From: Bacteroidales bacterium
GTDB lineage: Bacteria; Bacteroidota; Bacteroidia; Bacteroidales; JAADJA01
DNA length: 64,000 bases
Assembly: GCA_020052415.1 (NCBI GenBank)
Contig: JAGVPB010000004.1
Location: 3,326-67,325 of the forward strand
Reading direction: 5' to 3'
The translations under genes and the position numbers were made by a program. Below, one piece after another: positions 24,738-34,105 of the stretch. How positions within the stretch are numbered: the first letter of the stretch is position 1; each line of letters starts with the position of its first letter. Below the pieces are notes generated by a model that worked only from the letters and a program-made list of their open reading frames with translations, ran no database searches and had not been told where the DNA came from.

Positions 24738-26072
24738 TTAATCCAATTTTGTGTAGATTAATCTTAACTCCATTCTTGATGTATCGGGTTCATTGTTATG
24801 TGTTCCATGCAACTTTACTTCGTTTGCCCTTACTGTTTTACCCGATGGATAAAGCAAAAGGCCATAGTCGGAAGAATCTTTTAACAATTCCTGAATGTAG
24901 AATGTGATCCTGAACTGGTATGAATTTGAAGTATCGTCAAGGCTTCCGCCAAAATACGCATCCCCGACATTTTGATCAATCAAAATACTCGCTGTGCTGT
25001 CTTCATTTTGCCGTAATAAAATAAGATTATCTGAAACGGGGTAATAGGATCCGCCGGCAGCAGCAGGAATGATCAGTAATGCCTCATTAACTGCGTACTG
25101 GTTTTTGCCCCACCACTGATCCAAATCAGGGAAAAATATTTTGGTTCTTATTCCAGACATTCCTTGCAGGTAAAGATTTTGCTCACCGGCTGCAGTATCT
25201 TTTAATATGATCTGATTTAAAAAATTCTGATCCGTACTTTTGGAAAAGTTATGGTAAAAGTTTTCAATCCGGGCGTTGTTGCTGTTAAACACCAGCGTAT
25301 AGGTCAGACTGTCATTCAGGGTATCGTTAGTGTAGCTGTGATAATAAAAAGTGATTTTCGATCGTGTATTCAGCAGATTGAAATATAATATAGAACCGCC
25401 GCCAGGGTAATTCACGCTATCAACGGTCACATAGATGCCTTTAAATGCACTGATAAAATTTTCGTTTGATTTCAGAAGGTTGGTATCCCCGGAATAAAAA
25501 ATTTTATTGATAAAATCCTGATTCATAGGAATTTTCAGTTCGGCTGAAGTTTTCGTTGAATCATTGATCTCGACGCTGTCACCGGGACTCGGAAAGAAAA
25601 AATGATTTGCAAGCTCGGTATCATACGTCTGAAGGTTCCGGTTAGAATAATATATGCTGTCCTTCTGGTAAAAATCCTCTGCAACCTCATAAATTTTAAC
25701 AGTCATTGGTGTATTGATGTTTCCATAATAATCATAATAGACAAGTGTAAAAAATGCCGAATCAACTACAGGGTCGGTACCAAAATCGGGTGAAACTTCC
25801 GACAAACGAAGGTGAGAATAAAAACTCGCCACAGTCAATCCGAAAGTGCTGGTCCATTGACTTCCCAAAAGGTTGATTGAAGTTTCATCCGAGACAACCG
25901 AATCCTCCACTGAGGATAAAGCATACACGGAAAATACCGTATCATAAACCAACAGTTGATTATGATCAAGCAGGTCAAGCCCAATGGTATCCGGCTTTTT
26001 ATTGCAGGATGCAATAGTCGCTAACAGAATGACCGGAAACAGTAATCTGAATATTCGGGAATTAACTTTCAA
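24738..26072 (-). CDS. DUF4270-like lipoprotein
   Basis: 444 aa; signal plus lipobox LLATIASC. Its position directly downstream of the short glycogen synthase matches my recollection of a conserved Bacteroidota gene pair. The family call is not verified. Confidence 0.55.
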   Translation of the reverse strand: MKVNSRIFRLLFPVILLATIASCNKKPDTIGLDLLDHNQLLVYDTVFSVYALSSVEDSVVSDETSINLLGSQWTSTFGLTVASFYSHLRLSEVSPDFGTDPVVDSAFFTLVYYDYYGNINTPMTVKIYEVAEDFYQKDSIYYSNRNLQTYDTELANHFFFPSPGDSVEINDSTKTSAELKIPMNQDFINKIFYSGDTNLLKSNENFISAFKGIYVTVDSVNYPGGGSILYFNLLNTRSKITFYYHSYTNDTLNDSLTYTLVFNSNNARIENFYHNFSKSTDQNFLNQIILKDTAAGEQNLYLQGMSGIRTKIFFPDLDQWWGKNQYAVNEALLIIPAAAGGSYYPVSDNLILLRQNEDSTASILIDQNVGDAYFGGSLDDTSNSYQFRITFYIQELLKDSSDYGLLLYPSGKTVRANEVKLHGTHNNEPDTSRMELRLIYTKLD

Positions 26073-26100
26073 GGTTTTATTTGATTTTTAGTTTGACAGA

Positions 26101-26919
26101 TTATTCGGTTTTTTGCTTAACCAGGCTGTCATAATATTCATTATAAACTTCAACATAGTTATTATCTGGGAGAAAACCAATCTTAAGCTTATCGGTATTA
26201 TCGAGATATTTTTTAACTTCAGGATTGATGTTAAGCGACCCCAGAAAAATAGCATCCGAGAAATCAATGGCTGCTTTAACAATATTTGGATAGGTAGGAT
26301 TTTGATAATGAACCAGGTCTTTGTTAGTTATACCTTCGAGTTTTATTTTCTTTGCGAAATCGTGGCTGAGCGACTCGGTAAAATCATCTTCATAAACTGA
26401 AAAGATAACTTTTGTATCAGAAAATAACGGATTGTCTTTAAAAGCCTTCTTTATATAAATGGGTATTAAACTTGTCATCCACCCATGACAATGAACTATA
26501 TCAGGGGCCCAGCCAAGCTTTTTAACCGTTTCAAGGACTCCCCTTGAGAAGAATATCGCCCGTTCATCATTGTCAGGAAAGGGTTTATCGTTTTTATCAT
26601 TAACTGTATATTTCCTTAAAAAATAATCATCATTATCAATAAAATAGATTTGCATTCTTGCCTGCTGAATAGATGCAACTTTAATTATCAGAGGGTGATC
26701 ATTATCGCTGATGATTAGATTCATACCCGATAAACGGATAACTTCATGCAATTGATTTCTACGCTCATTTATACTGCCAAACCTGGGCATAAAAGTTCTG
26801 ATCTCTTTTCCCCTTTCCTGGGTGCTTTGCGGAAGGTAGCGACAAATAGTGCCCATTTGGCTTTCAGGAAGATACGGGATCATCTCCTGTGCAACAAATA
26901 AAACCTTTGGTTTCTCCAT
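26101..26919 (-). CDS. Glycogen/starch synthase-like protein (short, N-terminal catalytic domain form)
   Basis: 272 aa; KVLFVAQEMIPY... and PDIVHCHGWMTSLIP motifs of the starch synthase catalytic domain. Confidence 0.8.
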   Translation of the reverse strand: MEKPKVLFVAQEMIPYLPESQMGTICRYLPQSTQERGKEIRTFMPRFGSINERRNQLHEVIRLSGMNLIISDNDHPLIIKVASIQQARMQIYFIDNDDYFLRKYTVNDKNDKPFPDNDERAIFFSRGVLETVKKLGWAPDIVHCHGWMTSLIPIYIKKAFKDNPLFSDTKVIFSVYEDDFTESLSHDFAKKIKLEGITNKDLVHYQNPTYPNIVKAAIDFSDAIFLGSLNINPEVKKYLDNTDKLKIGFLPDNNYVEVYNEYYDSLVKQKTE

Positions 26920-26951
26920 TTTGTCGTAATCTGTTATTTTAAAAAGAGTTG

Positions 26952-26959
26952 CAAAGTTA
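26952..26959 (-). promoter_or_regulatory. Bacteroidetes-type -7 promoter box upstream of the glycogen synthase-like gene
   Basis: Reverse complement TAACTTTG matches TAnnTTTG; 32 nt upstream of ATG 26919. Confidence 0.45.
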
Positions 26960-27290
26960 ATAAAATTTTTACTTCAAAGTAACCGAAGTTATTTGTTTAT
27001 TCAATCAATTTATAAATTTATCTTAATCAAAGGCAGGTATTTCTCTCACATCATGAAAAAATTTCCCTTGTGTAATCCCGCAATAACTCAAAAGGCAGGT
27101 AAATTATTTCATTGAGGGAAATATGAAAATAAATTCTGATGCATAAAGATTTATAAATAAAGTGTCTAAAATGGTGGAAAATATTAATGATCCAAATATT
27201 TTTTTAATTTTGGTTTAATGTAATTAAGAAAACGATCTAAAATTTTTGATTTTTTCCGGAATCTATTAATATTTTGGATTGCACGATAAA

Positions 27291-30200
27291 ATGATATCTG
27301 ACAAAAGTTTCATAAAACAAGTTATACAATCCTGTTCATCAACAGCATTGGTTATTTTATTTTCATTTATCACTATCTATGCTGGCGGACAGGTTATCAT
27401 AAATGAGGTCTCTTCAAGGAATGCCACTTTTTTTACAGATCATTACGGAGACCATCCCGATTGGGTTGAACTCCTTAATGTAAGCAGCGAAGATGTTAAT
27501 CTGGCTAACTGGTCAATTTCCGATGATATTTCCCAACCCGAAAAATGGAAATTTCCTGAATTGACCCTCCCTCCTGATTCCCATTTAATTGTATTGGCAA
27601 GCAACAGAGACATGAAAGAGATTGTGGATCATTGGGAGACTATCATTAAAGCTGATGATACCTGGAAATACTGGATTCCGAATGGCGAACCGGATACCGC
27701 CTGGAAAAATCCCGGATTCGATGATTCAGGCTGGTATGAAGGGCCTGGTGGATTTGGCAGGGGTGATGGCGATGATAATACGGTTCTGCCTGATTCCGTA
27801 GCAACAGTTTATATCAGGAAAACATTTACCATTATTGATAAATCAGTCATTTCGCATGTTCTCCTGCATATAGATTATGATGATGCTTTTGTTGCCTATT
27901 TAAATGGCGTTGAGATTGCCCGCACAAATATCGGATGGCCGGGTAAAATACAGAAATGGGATGATTATTCTTATGGAGTCCACCCCGCATTGATGATCCA
28001 GGGTCTGCCACCGGAACAATTTCCGATTGATCTTGAATATTTTAATTCCATCACCATACAAGGTGAAAATGTACTTGCAATCCAGGGTTTGAACGCCTGG
28101 AACAATCATGGTAATTTTTCTCTTATACCATTTTTCTCCGTTGGTATTAATAACAATTCCTTTACTTACCAGGCGACACCCGACTGGTTTGGTGACAAGC
28201 CGATTCATCTCCATACCAATTTCAACCTTGCCGGTGAGGGAGAAAGTCTTGCTCTGTATAATGACAATCAAAATATTGTTGATTTTATTGATTTCCCCTA
28301 TCTTCATGCAGATCACAGCTTTGGAAGAGAAATGGATGGAAGCGCGGTCTGGAAATATTTTAAACAGCCCACTCCAGGTTCAGATAATGAAATGTCGGTT
28401 TTTTTTACAGGATATGCTAAAGAACCACAGTTTGATCACGAATCCGGATTTTATAGCGGTACTGTTCAGATCGGCTTCTCAAACTATCAATCCGGGGATA
28501 CGATAAGATACACGATTGATGGAAGCTGGGTGAGCGATTCATCTGCTGTTTATACCGGCGATCCAATAACATCCGATACCACCATTGTTGTTCGCGCTCA
28601 GGTTTACCAAAGTGGATTTCTCCCTGGTAAAACGCTGACAAATACATATATCATTGGTTACACTTCAACTTTACCTGTAATGTCGGTAAGTTTGAATCCT
28701 CACGATCTTTGGGACTGGGAAGAGGGTATTTATGTACTGGGTCCGAATGCAAGCACTACATATCCCTATTTTGGTGCAAATTACTGGATGGATTGGGAAA
28801 AACCTTCTCATATCGAATATTTTGACAGCAATCTTTTCCCAGCTTTTGAACTCGATGCGGACTTGATGATCCACGGCGGATTTTCGCGCGTATTTCCCAT
28901 GAAGAGCCTGCGTGTTCTCACAGATCGTAAATACGATGAATCAGAGATAAACTATCAGCTTTTCAAGGATAAGGACATCCACACATTTCAAAAATTCGTC
29001 CTGCGAAATTCAGGTCAGGATTTTAACATCACACATTTCAGGGATGCATTGATGCAGAAGGTGGTTCAAAAAAATACCGGAATTGATATACAGGACTATC
29101 AGCCGGTAGTCGTTTTCCTTAACGGACAATACTGGGGAATCCACAATATGACGGAAAAAATTGACCGGTACTATGTGAACGAAAATTTCGGGATACATGA
29201 AGACAGCACCAATGTCCTGAGAGATAACATCATCATCGTGGAAGGCGATTATTATCACTATGCCATTATGATAGATTTTGTGAAAAATGTTCCTGTTGTG
29301 GATTCCGCGGCTTATGATTCGATATCGAAAATGGTGAATATCACCAATTATACCGATTATTTTATAGCCCAGATGTATTACGTGAATCCTGAATTTCCGC
29401 GGCATAACACCAAATACTGGCGATCGGATGCCGATACATCGAGGTGGCGGTACATTATGACCGACCTGGATTTTGGATTGGGATTGTATTCTTCGGCTTC
29501 CAGCAACGAGTTATACAGGGTGCTTCACTCTAATATACAATGGTCTGACAATCACTGGATATTAAGGCGGATACTGGAATTTCCCGGGTATAAACGATAC
29601 TTCATTAACCGGAGTGCGGATATGTTTAATACCATGCTGATTACACAAAATCTGATAAATACCATCCACGCATTTAAAGACAGGCTTGCCCCTGAAATGC
29701 AGGTTCACATGCCCCGCTGGGGGAGCAGTTTTGCTGCATGGGAGTCTAATGTGAATATTATGATCAACTTTGCTCAAAACAGATTGGGTAACATCTGGCA
29801 ACATTATACAGATGAATTCGGACTGGAAAAAACGGTTACCATTGGCCTCGGAGTGGATTCCATTGCGCATGGTACAATTAAGATAAACACCATTATTCCT
29901 GATTCTTTACCGTGGCATGGAATATATTTCGATGGAAATGCAGTTGATATTTCAGCCATCCCAGATTCAGGTTATATCTTTTCGCACTGGCAAACTAATC
30001 TGATCATTTCTGGTTTGGATACCCTAAAACAATCCCTGAATATTAACCCGGATACCAATGATTTCTTCAAAGCTTTCTTTGTTTTGGATACTATAATAAT
30101 TGATACACCTTTCATAGTTTTCAGTGAGATCAACTACAATTCTTCCGATACTCTTGATGCGGGCGACTGGGTTGAAATCATGAATGCCGACACTGCCGGC

Positions 30201-30872
30201 GCTGACATTTCGGGATGGATTTTCAGGGACAGCGATGACACTCATGAATTTACATTGCCACAACCGCTTTATCTCGATACTGGTCAATTCTTTGTCTTTT
30301 GCAGGGATACGACGATGTTTAAATCGGTTTATCCCGAAATCACGGAATTTGCGGGACCCTTTGATTTCGGACTGGCAAGCGAGGGCGACGAAGTCCGGTT
30401 GTTCGACACCGCCGGGGTGCTTGTCGTTAGTGTAAATTATACCAATCAACCTCCCTGGCCATTGGATGCTGATGGTACTGGAAAAACAATTGAATTGTAC
30501 AATCCGTATGGCGACATTAACGATGGGAATAACTGGTTTTCGGGCTGCATCGGTGGTTCGCCGGGAGGGCTGTTTGTTGAATGCGATACGATTAATATTC
30601 AGGAAATCCTGGATTTAACAGGCGAGGTCAGAATATTCCCGAATCCCGCAAAAAATGTTATTTCGGCTTCAATTGATCTGGAATATCATGATGAAATTTA
30701 TATGACCCTGTATGATGCTATGGGCAACTTCTTACTCAAAGAGGGTTGTATTGTTTGGCCCAAAACAACCCGAACAATTCAGGTTGATGTTTCAGGTTTT
30801 AAAACAGGTGTTTATTTTATCAAATTAATAGGACAGCATATCAACTTTACCGGGAAGATTTTTATCCGGTAG
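27291..30872 (+). CDS. CotH kinase-family protein flanked by two lamin-tail domains, with T9SS type-A CTD
   Basis: About 1193 aa from ATG 27291 (the ORF track starts at TTG 27279). LTD-like VIINEVSSRN...DWVELLNVS near the N-terminus and VFSEINYNSSDTLDAGDWVEIMNA near the C-terminus. Central CotH-like region (FVLRNSGQDF, YWGIHNMTEKIDRYYVNENF). C-terminal VRIFPNPAKNV...GVYFIKLIGQHINFTGKIFIR. Confidence 0.8.
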   Translation: MISDKSFIKQVIQSCSSTALVILFSFITIYAGGQVIINEVSSRNATFFTDHYGDHPDWVELLNVSSEDVNLANWSISDDISQPEKWKFPELTLPPDSHLIVLASNRDMKEIVDHWETIIKADDTWKYWIPNGEPDTAWKNPGFDDSGWYEGPGGFGRGDGDDNTVLPDSVATVYIRKTFTIIDKSVISHVLLHIDYDDAFVAYLNGVEIARTNIGWPGKIQKWDDYSYGVHPALMIQGLPPEQFPIDLEYFNSITIQGENVLAIQGLNAWNNHGNFSLIPFFSVGINNNSFTYQATPDWFGDKPIHLHTNFNLAGEGESLALYNDNQNIVDFIDFPYLHADHSFGREMDGSAVWKYFKQPTPGSDNEMSVFFTGYAKEPQFDHESGFYSGTVQIGFSNYQSGDTIRYTIDGSWVSDSSAVYTGDPITSDTTIVVRAQVYQSGFLPGKTLTNTYIIGYTSTLPVMSVSLNPHDLWDWEEGIYVLGPNASTTYPYFGANYWMDWEKPSHIEYFDSNLFPAFELDADLMIHGGFSRVFPMKSLRVLTDRKYDESEINYQLFKDKDIHTFQKFVLRNSGQDFNITHFRDALMQKVVQKNTGIDIQDYQPVVVFLNGQYWGIHNMTEKIDRYYVNENFGIHEDSTNVLRDNIIIVEGDYYHYAIMIDFVKNVPVVDSAAYDSISKMVNITNYTDYFIAQMYYVNPEFPRHNTKYWRSDADTSRWRYIMTDLDFGLGLYSSASSNELYRVLHSNIQWSDNHWILRRILEFPGYKRYFINRSADMFNTMLITQNLINTIHAFKDRLAPEMQVHMPRWGSSFAAWESNVNIMINFAQNRLGNIWQHYTDEFGLEKTVTIGLGVDSIAHGTIKINTIIPDSLPWHGIYFDGNAVDISAIPDSGYIFSHWQTNLIISGLDTLKQSLNINPDTNDFFKAFFVLDTIIIDTPFIVFSEINYNSSDTLDAGDWVEIMNADTAGADISGWIFRDSDDTHEFTLPQPLYLDTGQFFVFCRDTTMFKSVYPEITEFAGPFDFGLASEGDEVRLFDTAGVLVVSVNYTNQPPWPLDADGTGKTIELYNPYGDINDGNNWFSGCIGGSPGGLFVECDTINIQEILDLTGEVRIFPNPAKNVISASIDLEYHDEIYMTLYDAMGNFLLKEGCIVWPKTTRTIQVDVSGFKTGVYFIKLIGQHINFTGKIFIR

Positions 30873-31033
30873 AAACAACATTCACAATAAATTTATTAGT
30901 TTTGAGGGAGGATTGAAAGTACTTAAACCAGTATAATATCATGGCTTAAGTCGCTCCTTCACCACTTCCGTCGCATAAAGACTTAAGCCAGAGGAGGTGG
31001 AATAAACAAGTTATTGGCAATTAAACAAAAATA

Positions 31034-31507
31034 ATGAGAGCATCTTTGATCTTTTTAGTTTTCATGATAATTACAGATTGTGTCTTTTCACAAAATTCTG
31101 ATTTTTCACCAAGAGAAATTTATAATCAATTGGACTATAAATTAATGAATATAGACTCCTCAACATTTAGCAACATTGAATCCCAATTAACTAAAGAGAA
31201 TCAAAAGCATATTATTACACGAGAGGAAAAAGACTTTATTAAAAATTATCCGCAGATATTTATAAAAAAGGATAAATGTTACAACATTAAGTCAATAGAT
31301 GGAAAACCACTTGGAATTTGTGAAATAGATTCAACAGAGGATATTAAAGCAAGAAAACATTATGAGTTTAAAGGACTATTTTGTGACTTTGCATTAATTT
31401 ATGTTACTGGATATGAGTGGTGGGGTTATATCAGCGTTGATTTGACTGATAGATTTGTACTTTCATCAAAACAATGGATTGAAAAAACAAATGCCATTGG
31501 CAGGTAA
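31034..31507 (+). CDS. Hypothetical secreted protein
   Basis: 157 aa; signal peptide MRASLIFLVFMIITDCVFSQ; AT-rich coding sequence; no recognisable family. Confidence 0.5.
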   Translation: MRASLIFLVFMIITDCVFSQNSDFSPREIYNQLDYKLMNIDSSTFSNIESQLTKENQKHIITREEKDFIKNYPQIFIKKDKCYNIKSIDGKPLGICEIDSTEDIKARKHYEFKGLFCDFALIYVTGYEWWGYISVDLTDRFVLSSKQWIEKTNAIGR

Positions 31508-31532
31508 TAAACAAATTGCAAAATTATAATAA

Positions 31533-33320
31533 ATGAAAAAAGCTTTACTCATCATCCTGTTAATCTTACCCTTCCTGATTTTCGGTCAGGAAGAGGAATT
31601 TAAATCCATTCACCAGGAGGAACAGGATTTTTACAGGGATTTGAATTTAAAATCGAGAACTGAATATGATTCGCTGAATGGTTTTAAGAATACCAATTGG
31701 ATTAAAAACTCTGATATTTCTCTTGAAAAACGCGTCTTCGGCTACCATCCCTACTGGGCGGGCAGCAATTACCTTAATTACCAATGGAATCTGCTCACCG
31801 ACCTGTGTTTTTTCTCCTACGAGGTTGATCCTTATTCCGGTGAGCCGCTTTACGTTTACGACTGGTACACGTCGGAAGCGGTGGACTCGGCTTTGGCAAA
31901 CGGGGTGAATGTTCATCTCTGTGTAACTCTGTTTTCGGGTCATGCCTCTTTCTTTGGTTCGGCAACATCACAGCAAACGCTTATCAATAATGTGATTGAA
32001 CTTATCGAAGACCGTGGCGCTCATGGTGTAAACGTTGATTTCGAGGCTGTTCCTTCTTCTCAGAGCAATGCACTGACCGGGTTTCTGATTGATCTTTCGG
32101 GACAAATGCACACGGCAATTTCCGGCTCGCAGGTAAGCATAGCAGCTCCCGCCGTCAACTGGAGCAACACATTTAACATTCCGGTTCAAAACCAATACCT
32201 CGATTTTTTTGTCGTAATGGGCTATGATTACTACTGGAACGGAAGCACACAAGCAGGACCGGTTTCGCCGCTTTATTCCATGGCAGGAAACTACGACTAT
32301 AATTTTACAAAAACTGTTTCTTACTATCAGTCACAGGGAGTACCGGCTGACAAATTAATTATGGGTGTACCTTATTATGCCAGGCAGTGGCCGACACAGG
32401 GGCAGTTTGCTCCGTCAAACACCACAGGATCAGGGACAGCTTACACATACAGGTACATTAAAGATAATTCCTCCGGCAATTATTCGGTTGCCAACCAGCA
32501 TCTGGAACCTAACAGCCGTTCGGCTTATTATTCATTCAATTCCGGGGGATGGAAACAATGTTTTCTGGATGAAATCTACAGCATGGGAAAAAAGTATGAT
32601 TTGGTCAACCGCAGGGACCTGGCGGGTATTGGAATCTGGGCACTTGGCTATGACAACGGATATACAGAAATGTGGGATTTAATTGCAACGAAGTTTTCCG
32701 ATGAACTACAATTACCGGATACCGACACCATCTATGATTCAGGCGGCCCGGCCTTTAATTATTATAATGATGAATCGTATTTATATACACTTGCCGCACC
32801 TGAAATAAAGACAATTCAATTGACTTTTGAATTTCTTGATCTTGAGGCAGGTTATGATTCACTATGGATTTATGACGGAGCCGATACAAACAGTTCTCTG
32901 GCCGGGGTCTATTCAGGGAATGAAACTCCTGAAACTCTTAACTCCTCATCGAATTTCATCACACTGAAATTTAGTTCAGATGGGGCAATTACAGGTGAGG
33001 GTTGGGAAGCAGTTTACCAGGTTTACCCTTCTTCAAATGACAATAATAATCCGAATTTAAGTCAATCCGAATTTATCTCTATCTATCCAAACCCGGTGAC
33101 GGACATGGTTTATCTCAGGACTGTTTCGAACTATTACGGATATCTCGAAATATCAATTTTGAGTAGTTCAGCTTTTTCTTTACCTGATAAACATTTTTAC
33201 AGATTTTTCTCAGGCACGGAAGAAATTTCTTTGAATCTGGATGATCTGCCAGGTGGATTGTATTTTATTCGGATAATCGGAGGGCAAAATCAAACTGTTA
33301 AAAAACTGATAATCCGGTAA
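31533..33320 (+). CDS. Glycoside hydrolase family 18-like protein + CUB-like domain + T9SS type-A CTD
   Basis: 595 aa. GH18 active-site region AHGVNVDFEAV (D-x-E retained). GIGIWALGYD. CUB-like YDSGGPAFNYYNDESY...GYDSLWIYDGADTNSSLAGVYSG...ITLKFSSDGAITGEGWEAVY. C-terminal ISIYPNPVTD...GGLYFIRIIGGQNQTVKKLIIR. Confidence 0.8.
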   Translation: MKKALLIILLILPFLIFGQEEEFKSIHQEEQDFYRDLNLKSRTEYDSLNGFKNTNWIKNSDISLEKRVFGYHPYWAGSNYLNYQWNLLTDLCFFSYEVDPYSGEPLYVYDWYTSEAVDSALANGVNVHLCVTLFSGHASFFGSATSQQTLINNVIELIEDRGAHGVNVDFEAVPSSQSNALTGFLIDLSGQMHTAISGSQVSIAAPAVNWSNTFNIPVQNQYLDFFVVMGYDYYWNGSTQAGPVSPLYSMAGNYDYNFTKTVSYYQSQGVPADKLIMGVPYYARQWPTQGQFAPSNTTGSGTAYTYRYIKDNSSGNYSVANQHLEPNSRSAYYSFNSGGWKQCFLDEIYSMGKKYDLVNRRDLAGIGIWALGYDNGYTEMWDLIATKFSDELQLPDTDTIYDSGGPAFNYYNDESYLYTLAAPEIKTIQLTFEFLDLEAGYDSLWIYDGADTNSSLAGVYSGNETPETLNSSSNFITLKFSSDGAITGEGWEAVYQVYPSSNDNNNPNLSQSEFISIYPNPVTDMVYLRTVSNYYGYLEISILSSSAFSLPDKHFYRFFSGTEEISLNLDDLPGGLYFIRIIGGQNQTVKKLIIR

Positions 33321-33351
33321 AGTTTGATGGTTCAAAAAATAACAGGGAATT

Positions 33352-33978
33352 TTATTCTGTTTCTACTCTTTTCTTTATTCCTCTGATAATTTTAAGGGGG
33401 GTTTCTGTAAGTACCATGTTATATAGCCATGCAGGAACATTGCCGGCCGGATCAACAAATCCTTCGAGTGTGATATGGACTACGCCATTCCCAATGTCTT
33501 GAATGGTCCATCTTTGCCAGTACTTTTTAATCCGTATCAGGTTCGGTTTCTCAGGAACAACATCCAATAGAGGTTCCGTATAAACTATCCGCTGACCTTT
33601 TTCATTATCCGTTGTAATATGAGCCTGAACACATAAATCACGGTCTGCTAATGGCCAGGGTACATCATACACCAGATAGTATTGAACAAAACAGTTCTTT
33701 TTGTGCGAAAGAATTTTCAGATCCCTTATATCTTCATCCCACCAGTCAACATTCTCAACATTTCCTATCATGGCATACACCTTATCCAAACGGGTATGCA
33801 AATAAGCCTCTCCTTTAAAAGACTTCAAATTACTGTCATATTCTTTTCTGGTATAAATTTTTATTCCATCCTTTTCCTTCTCGAAATTCCAGCTTTGTGT
33901 AAACACATTTTCAGAGAACGCCAGATTCAATAAAAGAACCAATAATCCGGAATAAATATTATAACTCAACCGTGTCAA
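33352..33978 (-). CDS. START/SRPBCC-like lipid-binding domain protein, secreted
   Basis: 208 aa; signal peptide; WNFEKEKDGIKIYTRKEYDSNLKSFKGEA...VPWPLADRD...DPAGNVPAWLYN pattern typical of the START fold. Confidence 0.55.
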   Translation of the reverse strand: MTRLSYNIYSGLLVLLLNLAFSENVFTQSWNFEKEKDGIKIYTRKEYDSNLKSFKGEAYLHTRLDKVYAMIGNVENVDWWDEDIRDLKILSHKKNCFVQYYLVYDVPWPLADRDLCVQAHITTDNEKGQRIVYTEPLLDVVPEKPNLIRIKKYWQRWTIQDIGNGVVHITLEGFVDPAGNVPAWLYNMVLTETPLKIIRGIKKRVETE

Positions 33979-34055
33979 AGATTTTATGCAAATTAAGGTA
34001 ATTATTTTAATAATCCCTGAATTCTGAAATTAAAATCTAATCGGGATATAAAATG

Positions 34056-34063
34056 TATTTTTG
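34056..34063 (+). promoter_or_regulatory. Bacteroidetes-type -7 promoter box upstream of mutA
   Basis: TATTTTTG matches TAnnTTTG; 42 nt upstream of ATG 34106. Confidence 0.45.
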
Positions 34064-34105
34064 CGATAAATTCTTTGAAAGCATTAATATTAAAGACGAT
34101 GGATC

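Noticed and set aside
26920-27290. Hidden gene or ncRNA in the 370-bp AT-rich gap upstream of the CotH gene, including a 19-codon ORF MKKFPLCNPAITQKAGKLFH (27054-27113) and the repeated word aaaggcaggta
   Set aside because: There are only tiny ORFs, no convincing secondary structure and no recognisable RNA family. It most likely holds divergent promoter regions for the glycogen synthase-like and CotH genes.
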